Origin: Dehalococcoidia bacterium
GTDB lineage: Bacteria; Chloroflexota; Dehalococcoidia; Lucifugimonadales; Lucifugimonadaceae
Reading direction: 5' to 3'
Length of the DNA stretch: 64,000 bases
Assembly: GCA_965243825.1 (NCBI GenBank)
Contig: CBDEVT010000002.1
Location: 107,226 to 171,225 of the forward strand
Part shown: positions 15,837-25,882 of the stretch, one piece after another
Numbering within the stretch: the stretch's first letter is position 1
How the letters are laid out: every line of letters starts with the position of its first letter
The notes under the pieces: model-generated
Databases searched by the model: none
The model's input: only the letters and a program-made list of their open reading frames with translations
Told to the model about the DNA's origin: nothing
Position numbers and translations under genes: made by a program

Positions 15837-18236
15837 ATGTCGAATCCCGAAGGATTGTCCGAAGCCGCGGTACGCGAACGCAAGTTGAACGGTTTGCAAA
15901 ATCGCATACATATCAGTTCCGGGCGTTCGTATATCCAGATTCTGCGGCAGCATCTCTTCACTTTCATTAACACGGTGCTGTTCACCATTGCCATTACATT
16001 GGTAGCCATGGATCGGGCAGGCGATGGCCTGGCGACCATGAGCCTTGTCGTTTTCAACGTTGGCGTTGGCCTGTTCCAGGAGATACGCGCCAAGCGAAAG
16101 CTACAGTCGATCGCTCTGATTGCCAGGCCACAGGCCACCGTCATACGTGAAGGTGTTGAAAGGGTAATTGGCCCTGGAGAGATCGTACTGGATGATGTTC
16201 TGATCGTCCGGTCTGGTGATCAGGTGATGGTTGACGGACGTGTGCTTAGCACGGAGTCTGCTGAAGTTGATGAATCGTTGCTAACAGGGGAGTCTGAACC
16301 TGTTGAGAAGCATGCTGGGGACGAGGTCTTGTCAGGCAGTTTCTGCGTAACAGGGGAGCTGATCTTCGAAGCCGAGAAAATCGGAGGCGACAGCCTGGTA
16401 AACCGACTCTCCTCCGAGGCGAAATCTGCCCGCAGCAGCAAGACTCCCCTGCAAAGAGACATTGATCAACTTGTCAGGATCATGCTCTTCGTCGTGGTTC
16501 CCCTTGGGTTGCTGATCGCAATGTCGCTTCTTTTCCACGATGTGCCCCTTGTTGAGGGCATGAGAATTGCAGCGGTGGTGGTCGCGCTTATACCGCAGGG
16601 TTTGTTTTTCATGACAACGGTGTCATATGCCATAGGGGCGGTACGGGTCTCAAACAAAAAAGCACTGGTTCAGCAAATAAATGCCATCGAGTCGATGAGT
16701 CATGTCAATGTGCTTTGCCTGGATAAAACGGGGACGCTGACTACGAACCGGATGCAGATGGATGAGCTGATTCCAGTTGGAAACAGCTCAACCAGTCATC
16801 AACAGGAAGTTCGCGAGTTATTGGGGAGTTATGCCTCCAGCAGTTCCGATCACAACAGGACGATGGACGCAATCAGAGAGGGTTGTGGGGGCGAGGAACA
16901 GGAACTTCTGGAACAGATCCCGTTCCATTCCGATCGTAAATGGAGTGCTCAAGGCTGGGGAGGCCGGACGTTTCTGCTCGGTGCGCCAGAAATACTCGGA
17001 GCACATGTGAATGAGTACGCACGGATCGCTGATCTGGTTAACAAAAAGGCCTCAGCTGGTTCGCGCGTCGTGCTGTTCGCAGAGGTTCCAAAGAGCGTTT
17101 CAATAAGGGATGAGGCTGGTGAGCCAGGGTTGCCGGATGGATTGGCGCCGCTCGGACTTCTCTGCTTCAGTGAGGAGGTTCGTGACGAGGCACAGGAAAC
17201 AATCACACAGTTCCGACAACTTGGTATCGAACCCAAGGTCATCTCTGGAGATCATCCCGAAACTGTCGCCGCACTGTGTCGTAAGGTCGGTTTGGATGGT
17301 GACCTGAAAGCCGTCTCAGGGATCGACCTCGCCAGCTACGACGAATCTGAATTTGAAAAAGCGGCATTGAATACCACGGTGTTTGGTCGGATCACTCCTG
17401 AACAGAAACAGAAACTAGTCGAAGTCCTGCAACGCAATGGTGCCTACGTCGCGATGATCGGCGATGGCGTCAACGACGTCCTGGCGCTGAAGCACTCAAA
17501 CGTTGCTGTTTCGATGCAGAGCGGAAGCCAGGCCACACGCGCCGTCGCCGATATTGTGTTGATGAAAGACTCGTTCGAGGCTCTGCCAGCGGCATTTCAC
17601 GAAGGTCAGCGAGTGGTCAAGGGCATGGAAGATGTCGTGCGCCTCCTGCTGGTGAGATCTTTCTACCTGGCCCTCGCGATCATGTTTACGCAGATCATTG
17701 GCCTTGAGTTCCCGCTTACCCCCAAGCACAACGCAGTCCTGGCGCTCCTAACCGTGGGGCTGCCGCTGATCGCTATCGCCGCATGGGCCAGACCCGGTAA
17801 ACCTGCTTCAAGTGTCGTGAGTGCAGGGTTACGTTTTGTGTACTCTCCTGCCGTAACTATTTCCGTGGTGATTCTGGGAATCTACTTCTTCTTCCTTGAA
17901 ACATCAGGTGATATCGATGTGGCAAGAAGCGCGTTGACAACCGCCGGTGTGTTGTGCGGCCTGGTCCTCATCCCATTCGTAGAACCTCCAACCCGCTGGT
18001 GGGTTGCAGGTGATGTGTTGAGCGGAGACTGGCGTCCAACAATTCTCGCTGCCGGTCTGCTCCTGGCGTTCGTTCTTACGATGGCGATCCAGCCGATACG
18101 TGAGTTCGCCGAACTGGAAGTGCTCGGCTGGTTCGACTACTTAGGGATCGTCGCTGTCGTGATTTTCTGGACGTTCCTTCAGCGCCAGATCTGGCGGACA
18201 GATTTCTTTCGTCGAACTCTCATCGGGCATTCCTGA
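15837..18236 (+). CDS. Cation-transporting P-type ATPase (HAD superfamily), substrate unknown
   Basis: 'LLTGESEPV' (TGES), 'CLDKTGTLT' (phosphorylation site), 'MIGDGVNDVLALK'. About 10 TM segments. The M4 motif is 'IPQGL' rather than PEGL. Confidence 0.92.
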   Translation: MSNPEGLSEAAVRERKLNGLQNRIHISSGRSYIQILRQHLFTFINTVLFTIAITLVAMDRAGDGLATMSLVVFNVGVGLFQEIRAKRKLQSIALIARPQATVIREGVERVIGPGEIVLDDVLIVRSGDQVMVDGRVLSTESAEVDESLLTGESEPVEKHAGDEVLSGSFCVTGELIFEAEKIGGDSLVNRLSSEAKSARSSKTPLQRDIDQLVRIMLFVVVPLGLLIAMSLLFHDVPLVEGMRIAAVVVALIPQGLFFMTTVSYAIGAVRVSNKKALVQQINAIESMSHVNVLCLDKTGTLTTNRMQMDELIPVGNSSTSHQQEVRELLGSYASSSSDHNRTMDAIREGCGGEEQELLEQIPFHSDRKWSAQGWGGRTFLLGAPEILGAHVNEYARIADLVNKKASAGSRVVLFAEVPKSVSIRDEAGEPGLPDGLAPLGLLCFSEEVRDEAQETITQFRQLGIEPKVISGDHPETVAALCRKVGLDGDLKAVSGIDLASYDESEFEKAALNTTVFGRITPEQKQKLVEVLQRNGAYVAMIGDGVNDVLALKHSNVAVSMQSGSQATRAVADIVLMKDSFEALPAAFHEGQRVVKGMEDVVRLLLVRSFYLALAIMFTQIIGLEFPLTPKHNAVLALLTVGLPLIAIAAWARPGKPASSVVSAGLRFVYSPAVTISVVILGIYFFFLETSGDIDVARSALTTAGVLCGLVLIPFVEPPTRWWVAGDVLSGDWRPTILAAGLLLAFVLTMAIQPIREFAELEVLGWFDYLGIVAVVIFWTFLQRQIWRTDFFRRTLIGHS

Positions 18237-18276
18237 TCAGTACACACCTACCTGACAGCAGCAGAGCAGATCTTTG

Positions 18277-18345
18277 TTCGGGATGCGCCTCAGGTGGGGC
18301 GCGAAAACGCCATCCCGAAGCATGCTCAGGATGGCGCCCGTTTCT
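18277..18345. terminator. Hairpin-rich region between convergent genes (possible bidirectional terminator)
   Basis: TTCGGGATGCG...CGC(C)ATCCCGAA stem (18277-18319) and an overlapping alternative stem CGCCATCC...GGATGGCG (18308-18337) followed by cccgtttctc. Confidence 0.3.
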
Positions 18346-18380
18346 CAGTCCGACTAGCGATTTCTCGCAATCGCCCCCGG

Positions 18381-19274
18381 CTAGAACTTCTTGACTTCAA
18401 CTCCCGATAGTTTCTCCGGGAAGTGCAGGAATCCGGCGTGGTCTTCCTTACCGTGACCCCATTCCATGAGCGCACCAACGATCTGTTGCAACTGCGATGT
18501 CATGAGGAGCGGCACGTTGAGGTCGCTGGCTGTGGACATGGCGTTGTTCAGGTCCTTGTAATGCAACTCAATTCTGAATCCCGGGTTGAAGTTGCGCTCA
18601 AACATCATCGGCGCCTTTGCGTTCATCACGTTGCTTCCGGCAAGTCCGCCTTTGATGGCATCAAATACGGTCTCAGGGTTAACACCTGCCTTGGCAGCAA
18701 GCGTCATAGCCTCGGCGAGACCCATGATGTTTGACGCGACACAGATCTGGTTCGCCAGCTTGACCACGTTGCCAGCGCCGTGGCCACCGCAGAGAACAGA
18801 TGACTTGCCCATAACGTCAAAGAGCGGTTTTGCCGTCTCGAAGTCTGATGCGTTACCACCAACCATAATGGCCAGGTCGCCAGAGATTGCAAAAGGCTCT
18901 CCGCCAGACACAGGAGCGTCCAGAAAGCCGACACCTGCTTCGTCACAAGCAGCGCCTATCTTCTGCGATGTGCCCGGTTCAATCGAACTCATGTCAATGA
19001 TCAGGTCACCTTTGCTGGCGCCTGAGAGGACCCCATTCTCACCGAGAATCGCTGCTTCTGACTGAGGGCTGTTCTGAACCATGGTGAAGATGATGCTGGA
19101 CTTGCTGGCAACGTCTGCGCCGGACTCGCCCTTACCTGCGCCTTCGCCAACTAACTCATTAACCGGGTCCGGAAACAGGTCGAAAACTGTCACGTCATAT
19201 CCGGACTTCATGAGATTGCGGGCCATCGGCTTACCCATAATGCCGAGGCCAACGAATCCGATCTTCTCTGCCAT
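18381..19274 (-). CDS. NAD(P)-dependent 3-hydroxyisobutyrate / 2-hydroxy-3-oxopropionate (tartronate semialdehyde) reductase family dehydrogenase
   Basis: N-terminal Rossmann 'IGFVGLGIMGKPMARNL', 297 aa, typical of the GarR/MmsB family. Confidence 0.88.
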   Translation of the reverse strand: MAEKIGFVGLGIMGKPMARNLMKSGYDVTVFDLFPDPVNELVGEGAGKGESGADVASKSSIIFTMVQNSPQSEAAILGENGVLSGASKGDLIIDMSSIEPGTSQKIGAACDEAGVGFLDAPVSGGEPFAISGDLAIMVGGNASDFETAKPLFDVMGKSSVLCGGHGAGNVVKLANQICVASNIMGLAEAMTLAAKAGVNPETVFDAIKGGLAGSNVMNAKAPMMFERNFNPGFRIELHYKDLNNAMSTASDLNVPLLMTSQLQQIVGALMEWGHGKEDHAGFLHFPEKLSGVEVKKF

Positions 19275-19435
19275 TTATCTATATCTCCGTGGCTAAGTGT
19301 GCTCTGGCACAGACGCTCGAACGGTGATTCGAACGCACCCTGCATCAACAGCGTCAGATGGATGGACGAAAGTGCGATGCATCTTATCGCATGAATGATG
19401 TCTGATCGAAATCTAGAGCACTGGATCCAAAGCAG

Positions 19436-20230
19436 CTAGCAGATCCGATCTATCAGCTTCGGCAGCTCGCACAGTTCAGATATCTGGTGATCAGGCGGTG
19501 TCGGGCCATCAAATTCTGACGCCGACATATTGACCCAGATGGTCTTCATTCCAAGACTCGCCGCGCCGTGAATGTCGTTAACGCAGTTGTCACCAATCAT
19601 TACTGTCTTCGTTGCCTCGACGCCCAGTGAGGAGAGCGCTCGTTCGAATGTACGCGGATCAGGCTTCACAGTTTCCAGGCCGACATCTCCAGAAACCACA
19701 ATCGCCTTAAAGAACTCCTCGAGACCACTGCGAGTGACCTTGCGTCTTTGAGTGTCAGGATTGCCATTTGTGACGAGGCCGATTGAAAACCGGCCCGACA
19801 GGGCGGATAGCGTTTCACGAGCGCAAGAGTAGGGCAGATGCGGGCCAGTTCCCTGCGCAAGCGAGGCCAGGCTCAGCTTAGAGACCAGTGCTTCATCGGT
19901 GATTCCGATCTCAGCAAGGGTCCCGCGCCACACGAGAGGCCTGATCCGTTCGCTTTCGGCTTCGAGTAAACGTCCTGTTTCACCAGCGACGAATCCGCCC
20001 GCGAAAACCTCCGATGCACCGACTCCCCGGGAGATACCACTCCGCGAGTACTTTGAAGCGCTCCACTCTTCGCTTGCAAATCTGGATACGCTTTCGATAA
20101 CGGCTTCGACCGGAATCTCATAATCGGTCAGTTCGGCCTCAACGACGTTTCTGACGGCATGGGCAAAGGATCCTGCCTCATCGGAGAGAGTGTCATCGAA
20201 GTCGAACAGGATCGCCTGTAACTCGCTCAA
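19436..20230 (-). CDS. HAD-superfamily hydrolase
   Basis: Motif I 'ILFDFDDTL', motif IV 'IGDNCVNDIHGA'. The track start at 20359 would overlap the upstream same-strand gene by 71 nt. TTG 20230 places DxD about 10 residues from the N-terminus. Confidence 0.75.
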   Translation of the reverse strand: MSELQAILFDFDDTLSDEAGSFAHAVRNVVEAELTDYEIPVEAVIESVSRFASEEWSASKYSRSGISRGVGASEVFAGGFVAGETGRLLEAESERIRPLVWRGTLAEIGITDEALVSKLSLASLAQGTGPHLPYSCARETLSALSGRFSIGLVTNGNPDTQRRKVTRSGLEEFFKAIVVSGDVGLETVKPDPRTFERALSSLGVEATKTVMIGDNCVNDIHGAASLGMKTIWVNMSASEFDGPTPPDHQISELCELPKLIDRIC

Positions 20231-20288
20231 TGATTTCCACTCACCGACTTTGGCATCCCAGGGGTTCCGAAAACGAGTCGCCGGAGAA

Positions 20289-21092
20289 CTAGTCGTCGTC
20301 CTTCCAAAAACGCTCCTCGATGAAGTGGAAACCGGTTCCCTCAAATCGCTCACGGACATCCTCGATCATCTGTGGATGACCGCAGGCATAAATACATGTC
20401 TCTTCCGGTTTCAGATTACACTCTGCCACATAGTCCTCAACTAATGTGTTAATCCGACCAGTTGCGCCTGTCCAACCCTTGTTGGGCTCTTCATCCGGTC
20501 TGCTAATTGAAGGCAAGAAGTCGATGAAATCGTGGTCGTTGGCCAGCGCAGTGAGTTCTTCGTCGTAGCCAAACTCCTTGATGTAGCTCGCACCCTCAAG
20601 CACGAAGAACCGGTGATCAGAGCGAGCAACACCCTTGTCTTCAGGCCACTCCGGATCGTTCAGGAACTTTCGCAATATGCTGACGTATGGGACGGTTCCT
20701 GTGACGGTTCCGACAAGCACGTGGTTCTTGAACTGTGGCTGAAGAACGAAGATGCCTTTTGCACGAGGCCGCAGAGTTACAGTTTCACCTACACCCATCT
20801 TGTGAAGAACAGGTGTCAGGTTTCCGTCCGGCAGCGGCACCAACTCGATGAACAGCTCAATCTCTGGTTCATCCGGGGATGAAACTATCGAGTAGGGTCT
20901 CTCGATTCCTTCTGCCCCTATGGTGCAGTACTGACCGGGTTTAAAGTTGAACGGTTGCTCCGGCTTCAGCCAGATCTTCCAGAGATCATGGGCAATGTCT
21001 TCCCTGCGAGTGATCGTCGCGGTTGTGAATCTCCCTCTGATTGCCGGTGTCTGGTCCTGCGCCTGAGTCATTCTTGCCTCCCGCATTGGCAT
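20289..21092 (-). CDS. Ferredoxin--NADP(+) reductase (FNR/Fpr family)
   Basis: FAD-binding 'RPYSIVS', NADP-binding 'GTVTGTVPYVS', 267 aa. Confidence 0.88.
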   Translation of the reverse strand: MPMREARMTQAQDQTPAIRGRFTTATITRREDIAHDLWKIWLKPEQPFNFKPGQYCTIGAEGIERPYSIVSSPDEPEIELFIELVPLPDGNLTPVLHKMGVGETVTLRPRAKGIFVLQPQFKNHVLVGTVTGTVPYVSILRKFLNDPEWPEDKGVARSDHRFFVLEGASYIKEFGYDEELTALANDHDFIDFLPSISRPDEEPNKGWTGATGRINTLVEDYVAECNLKPEETCIYACGHPQMIEDVRERFEGTGFHFIEERFWKDDD

Positions 21093-21373
21093 AGTTCACG
21101 TGGCCCGCACTTTACGACATTTTCGAGTGCTTTGACTCGCGGGCGGATCATGTCCTTCGCTGACGAGGCGGAATCACGTGATCATGCGTACTGAAAATGT
21201 TCGTTGTGACAGCCTATGCTGGTGGTAAGATTCGGCCCATTGAGAATTAGAGTGGCGAAGCAACTTAGAAAGTGCACTCCGCATACCTAAACTTCGTTGC
21301 AGTCACTTACAGACTAAACTGACCATCACTCGTCCGCGTCGTCTGTTTCGCGGTATCCAGGAGGATTTGCAGC

Positions 21374-22846
21374 ATGGCTGGACCAGCACCAGGCGTGGCT
21401 TATAGCGTTACGGTAAGGGCCGAGTACCCGAACTCTCCCGGAATGCTTGGCAGGATTACATCTGCGATCGGAAATGCCGGCGGTGATGCATCAGCCATCG
21501 ATGTAGTTTCCACTTCCAGCGGCATGATGGTGCGCGATTTCACGATTAATGCTCGCTCAATCGAGCATGGGCAAGAAGTTACCGAGGCAGTCGCTGCTGT
21601 AGAAAACGTCCGCATCCGTACCGTTTCTGATCCGACCTTTTTGCTGCACCTCGGTGGAAAAATCGAGATGCACAGCAAAGTTCCGGTTAACACTCGAGAC
21701 GATATGTCAAAGGCATACACACCCGGAGTGGGACGTGTATGCATGGCGATTCACAATGATCCAGAGGCTGTCTGGTCGCTAACCGGGAAAGGTCACACCG
21801 TTGCGGTTGTCAGCGACGGCAGCGCTGTGCTTGGTTTGGGCAACATTGGTGCAGCTGCTTCACTTCCGGTGATGGAAGGCAAAGCACTTCTATTTAAAGA
21901 GTTCGGTGGTGTTGATGCGTGGCCTGTGGTCGTTGACACCCAGGACACCGAAGAGATCATCAACATCGTGAAGGCGATCGCCCCCGGGTTTGGTGGTATC
22001 AATCTTGAGGACATCAGCGCGCCCCGCTGTTTCGAGATTGAGGATCGACTCAGAAAAGAGTTGGATATTCCGATATTCCACGACGATCAGCACGGAACCG
22101 CTGTGGTCGTACTCGCTGGACTCATAAACGCACTCAAGCTCGTCAAGAAACGTCCCCAAGATTTGAAGGTGGTTGTTGCTGGTGTTGGTGCCTCTGGAAC
22201 GGCATGCACGAAAATTATGCTTTCCTACGGCGTCAAAAACGTGATTGGCTTTGACCGGTCCGGCGCGCTTTCTCGGCAGCGGGAGTACGGCGATAACGTG
22301 ATGAAGCAGTGGTACGCGGACAACACGAACCCTGACGACTTTGGTGGTTCCCTCGAAGAAGGGCTGAAGGACGCAGATGTGTTCCTCGGTCTCGCTGGAC
22401 CGGGCCTCGTCACCCCTGAACAGATCGCGACCATGAAGGACAACGCTGTCGTCTTTGCACTATCCAATCCTGATCCTGAGATCTGGCCTGAAGATGTGCC
22501 TGAGAACGTGCGGATCATGGCGACCGGTCGGACCGACTACCCGAACCAGGTGAACAACTCGCTCTGCTTCCCGGGTCTTTTTGCCGGGGTTCTGGACGTC
22601 CGTGCCAGGGAGATCAATGACGAGATGAAGATAGCTGCTGCACAGGCTATCGCAGACGTGATCCCTGACAACGCCGTGTCAGAAGACTTCATCATTCCAA
22701 GCGTGTTCGATGAGCGTGTCGCACAGAACGTTTCTGAAGCGGTCGCAAGGAAGGCACAGGAGACGGAGGTCGCTCGCCGTAGGATTCGCAGACCAGGCGA
22801 GGATGACGACACTGCATACGCCACTCGCCGCCTGACACTCACGTAA
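21374..22846 (+). CDS. NAD(P)-dependent malic enzyme with N-terminal ACT domain
   Basis: ACT-like N-terminus 'VTVRAEYPNSPGMLGRITSAIGNAGGD', 'VVSDGSAVLGLGNIG', dinucleotide fold 'VVAGVGASGTA'. Confidence 0.9.
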   Translation: MAGPAPGVAYSVTVRAEYPNSPGMLGRITSAIGNAGGDASAIDVVSTSSGMMVRDFTINARSIEHGQEVTEAVAAVENVRIRTVSDPTFLLHLGGKIEMHSKVPVNTRDDMSKAYTPGVGRVCMAIHNDPEAVWSLTGKGHTVAVVSDGSAVLGLGNIGAAASLPVMEGKALLFKEFGGVDAWPVVVDTQDTEEIINIVKAIAPGFGGINLEDISAPRCFEIEDRLRKELDIPIFHDDQHGTAVVVLAGLINALKLVKKRPQDLKVVVAGVGASGTACTKIMLSYGVKNVIGFDRSGALSRQREYGDNVMKQWYADNTNPDDFGGSLEEGLKDADVFLGLAGPGLVTPEQIATMKDNAVVFALSNPDPEIWPEDVPENVRIMATGRTDYPNQVNNSLCFPGLFAGVLDVRAREINDEMKIAAAQAIADVIPDNAVSEDFIIPSVFDERVAQNVSEAVARKAQETEVARRRIRRPGEDDDTAYATRRLTLT

Positions 22847-22852
22847 CTGGTT

Positions 22853-23956
22853 TTGGCTAGCAACACGTCAGATGTCATCGTAGTTGGCGGCGGAATCGTC
22901 GGAGCAGCAGCGGCGTACTTCCTTGCCCAGCAGGGCCAAAGAGTCACGCTCATTGAGAAAGATTCGGTGGCCGCTCACGCGTCAGGGTTCGCCTTCGGTG
23001 TTCTGTTGCCAAGGCTATTTGACGACCCAAACAACCCACTGGATGATCTGACCCGACTGTCATTAGATCTGCACGGGCAGATAGCTAGAGAATTGAGCAG
23101 CGACAGTGTTCAACTGCAACGCGCCAAAGCAGCGGTCCTCCTCGCGACTGAAGAGAGCGAGGCATTCCAGTACACAGCCCTTTACCGATCAGGTTCGTCA
23201 ATCGGCGATGTGAGATGGCTGGAATATGGCGAGTTGAGCCACATCGAAGCCCGAATATCTCCAAAAATCATCGGTGGTCTGTATCTGGGTGACGCCGCTG
23301 AGATCAGCCCTTCGCAGTTCACGAATGCGATGTGGTCGTCAGCGGAAAACAATGGAGCTCGATTGGTCAGTGGTGAAGTTGAGTCGGTTGTAGCGGACAA
23401 GGATTCTGTCAAAGTAACGGCTGACAGAGAAACTTTCTCAGCGCGTCGAGTGATCGTCGCAGCTGGACCATGGACTTCGAAGCTGTTGCAATCAGCTGGC
23501 GTCAATGTGCCCGTGGGACCTCTCAAAGGTCAGATCATACGCATGAAAGCACCTGGCCCGCCCATGCGAGTGACACTCTGGTGGGGCAGCGACTACGCTG
23601 GCTCGAAGCCCGATGGGCTACTTTGGTGCGGTACGACCGAGGAAGAGGTTGGCTTCGATGAGGAGACGACTGCGGGCGCAAGAGACGGTATCGTCGCCTC
23701 TGCAACGAAGGTCTTACCGTTCCTTGAGGATGCCGAACTCGTCCAACAAACTGCGTGCTTACGCCCTGTATCAGCGGATGGTCTGCCGATCGTTGGCCCT
23801 CTGAGCTCGGACAGCTCAATCATCGTGGCCACTGGAGGCGGTAGGAACGGAATAGTTCTGGGACCTGCTCTGGGTAGAGTTGCTGCTGACACGGCTCTTG
23901 ATCGTGACTCGGGGGGGAATACAGCGGGTCTGTCACCTGATCGCTTTAGAGCCTGA
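22853..23956 (+). CDS. FAD-dependent oxidoreductase (DAO family; glycine/D-amino-acid oxidase-like)
   Basis: 'DVIVVGGGIVGAAAAYFLA' dinucleotide-binding motif, 367 aa. Confidence 0.8.
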   Translation: MASNTSDVIVVGGGIVGAAAAYFLAQQGQRVTLIEKDSVAAHASGFAFGVLLPRLFDDPNNPLDDLTRLSLDLHGQIARELSSDSVQLQRAKAAVLLATEESEAFQYTALYRSGSSIGDVRWLEYGELSHIEARISPKIIGGLYLGDAAEISPSQFTNAMWSSAENNGARLVSGEVESVVADKDSVKVTADRETFSARRVIVAAGPWTSKLLQSAGVNVPVGPLKGQIIRMKAPGPPMRVTLWWGSDYAGSKPDGLLWCGTTEEEVGFDEETTAGARDGIVASATKVLPFLEDAELVQQTACLRPVSADGLPIVGPLSSDSSIIVATGGGRNGIVLGPALGRVAADTALDRDSGGNTAGLSPDRFRA

Positions 23957-24063
23957 CACTCGCCTCTGATTCGAACGGGGAGAGCGCTACGCTATAGTCT
24001 CGAACTTTCAGGCATCCAGCTGACGACGTCCTCTGTTGCATCTGCAACTCCCGGCTTGGACCT

Positions 24064-24645
24064 ATGAATCAGACCAAAGACAAAAACGAGGCACGTGAGC
24101 GCCAAGAGAGAAGCATCGCACAGCTGGCGCTGCCCGGTCTCGGCGGCGAAGCTGTTGCAAAGCCGTTTGATCTTTTTTCCCTCATAAGAGAGACATTCCT
24201 CAATCGAGTACCTGGCGCTCAAGCGCCTGCGATAAAAGTCTCTCGCAGAATGACCCGTACGTTGGGCTCTTTCACTCCCACAAAGAACCTGATCCGACTT
24301 TCGTCTCGACTCCTTGCACTCGGAACTCCAGACGAGCAGAAACACGTCGCCTTACATGAGGTTGCGCACGCCATCGTTCATCAGCGCACACCCAGGGCCG
24401 GCGCGCATGGACGGGAGTTCAGAGCAGTTTGTAAAGAACTCGGACTAAAGACTGGCCGGTTCGTAGAGATCGATCATGCGGCCTGGAGAGACCGCTTACG
24501 GTTTGTAGTTGAATGCCCGTCGTGCGGCGAAAACATTCTGCGTCGGAAACGAGTTTCCAGAGTTAGATGCAGGTGCGGCGCTGCACTTCGTCCGAGCAGG
24601 TGGGCACAGGTAGGTGTTACTGAAGCCGGTCTGAAAACGCTTTAG
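24064..24645 (+). CDS. SprT-like zinc metalloprotease domain protein with C-terminal zinc ribbon
   Basis: 'HEVAHAIVH' HExxH motif; 'CPSCGENI...CRCG' Cys pairs. Confidence 0.75.
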   Translation: MNQTKDKNEARERQERSIAQLALPGLGGEAVAKPFDLFSLIRETFLNRVPGAQAPAIKVSRRMTRTLGSFTPTKNLIRLSSRLLALGTPDEQKHVALHEVAHAIVHQRTPRAGAHGREFRAVCKELGLKTGRFVEIDHAAWRDRLRFVVECPSCGENILRRKRVSRVRCRCGAALRPSRWAQVGVTEAGLKTL

Positions 24646-24676
24646 CGACTTAACGAGATCGTTTCGGGAAAGACTC

Positions 24677-25189
24677 ATGGAATGCAATGAACTATTGCGG
24701 GACGCGTTTTCTCGCATAACAGAGCTGGTCACCGTCTCGGCATCCGGACTTGATCGGAAGCGACTGACGTATCGGCCTGAACCAGGTGCTAATTCAATCG
24801 CCTGGCTAATCTGGCATCTCACTCGCATACAGGACGATCATGTTTCTGAGATCGCCGGACTTGAGCAGGCATGGGTGTCTGATGGCTGGGCGGCAAAGCT
24901 TGGAATGGAACCGGACCCCGAAAACGACGGTCGCGGACATGGACCAAGTGAAGTAGCGGCAATCGCTCCAGACAGCCCCGATCTACTCATTGCATACAAC
25001 AAGGCTGTTTCAGACCGGACGTTCAGCTACCTGGCGAGAGCATCTTCAGCCGACATGGCCCTAATCATTGACCGATCCTATGATCCGCCGGTCACGGTTG
25101 GTGTCCGATTGGTCAGCGTCATAAGTGACAACATTCAGCACGCTGGGCAGGCAAGATATCTCCGGGGTATTGTCGACCGGATCCTCTGA
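24677..25189 (+). CDS. DinB-superfamily (DUF664/mycothiol transferase-like) protein
   Basis: Four-helix-bundle family pattern 'NSIAWLIWHLTRIQDDHV...HAGQARYLRG'. Confidence 0.7.
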   Translation: MECNELLRDAFSRITELVTVSASGLDRKRLTYRPEPGANSIAWLIWHLTRIQDDHVSEIAGLEQAWVSDGWAAKLGMEPDPENDGRGHGPSEVAAIAPDSPDLLIAYNKAVSDRTFSYLARASSADMALIIDRSYDPPVTVGVRLVSVISDNIQHAGQARYLRGIVDRIL

Positions 25190-25224
25190 AGTTGATGCCG
25201 ATCAACGCTTTCAAGGAATGAGAT

Positions 25225-25635
25225 ATGCAGTTTCCCGAACCGACCTCTGAACTGACCAACATCCTTGTGACCGAGGATATTGAGGCATCCCGCGAATTCT
25301 ACTCAGAAGTTCTTGGCGCTGAGCTCTTTCGAGAATATGGCGGCACTTCGCTTGTCTACAGGTTTCTCGGGAACTGGCTTCTGATAGTCACTGGCGGTGG
25401 ACCTACTCCGGACAAACCAACTGTAACTTTTCAATCGCCTGAGGATGCAGACCGAGTCAGCGCCGCGTTCACGATCAGGGTCAGAGATTGCCAGTCAACC
25501 TACGAACAGTTGAAAGCTCGTGGAGCAGAGTTCCTGACACCGCCGAAACTTGCTGAAGGCGGCGGTGAGATCCGAGCGTTTTTCAGGGATCCGTCAGGAC
25601 ATCTTTTCGAGATAAGCCAGGTAGAGAATCTGTGA
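25225..25635 (+). CDS. VOC (glyoxalase/bleomycin-resistance/dioxygenase) family protein
   Basis: 136 aa. 'ASREFYSEVLGAELF...FRDPSGHLFEI' is typical of the VOC fold. Confidence 0.75.
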   Translation: MQFPEPTSELTNILVTEDIEASREFYSEVLGAELFREYGGTSLVYRFLGNWLLIVTGGGPTPDKPTVTFQSPEDADRVSAAFTIRVRDCQSTYEQLKARGAEFLTPPKLAEGGGEIRAFFRDPSGHLFEISQVENL

Positions 25636-25711
25636 GAGATCAAGGTAATCGGCGCGCTTCATTGATTTCCCTTTCACCTTTATTCGGACCTCAAACACCG
25701 GAGAACTGCAA

Positions 25712-25740
25712 TTGCTGCATGTGCGCACCGGTGCTATGCT
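25712..25740 (+). promoter_or_regulatory. Putative sigma70-type promoter of the pyr operon
   Basis: TTGCTG, 17 nt, TATGCT, about 40 nt upstream of the PyrR-binding loop. Confidence 0.35.
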
Positions 25741-25770
25741 CGAAATGAACTGAATACGATGACTGATCGA

Positions 25771-25805
25771 AGTCTTTAATCCAGTCCTGTGAGGCTGGCA
25801 AGGGT
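25771..25805 (+). promoter_or_regulatory. PyrR-binding (anti-antiterminator) RNA stem-loop
   Basis: 'CUUUAAUCCAGUCCUGUGAGGCUGGCAAGGG' resembles the PyrR binding-loop consensus (..AAUCCAGUCCAGAGAGGCUGG..). The adjacent GGCAAGGG (25797-25804) is complementary to the 5' arm of the downstream terminator. Confidence 0.7.
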
Positions 25806-25852
25806 TCGGTGAAGTATCAACGTCCGCCGCAATACGCGGCTTCGTGTACACA

Positions 25853-25882
25853 CCCTTGCTCCTCAGGCAAGGGTATTTTTTT
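25853..25882 (+). terminator. Intrinsic terminator (pyr attenuator)
   Basis: CCCTTGC-TCCTCAG-GCAAGGG followed by TATTTTTTT, 15 nt upstream of the pyrR ATG. Confidence 0.8.

Noticed and set aside
15647-16144. 165-aa minus-strand ORF overlapping the start of the P-type ATPase
   Set aside because: It has no motif or RBS and is antisense to a strongly supported gene.
20231-20359. Long N-terminal extension of the HAD hydrolase
   Set aside because: It would overlap the upstream same-strand fpr-like gene by 71 nt. HAD motif I normally sits near the N-terminus.
23992-24345. 117-aa minus-strand ORF
   Set aside because: It is antisense to the SprT-like gene, which carries HExxH, and has no recognisable features.
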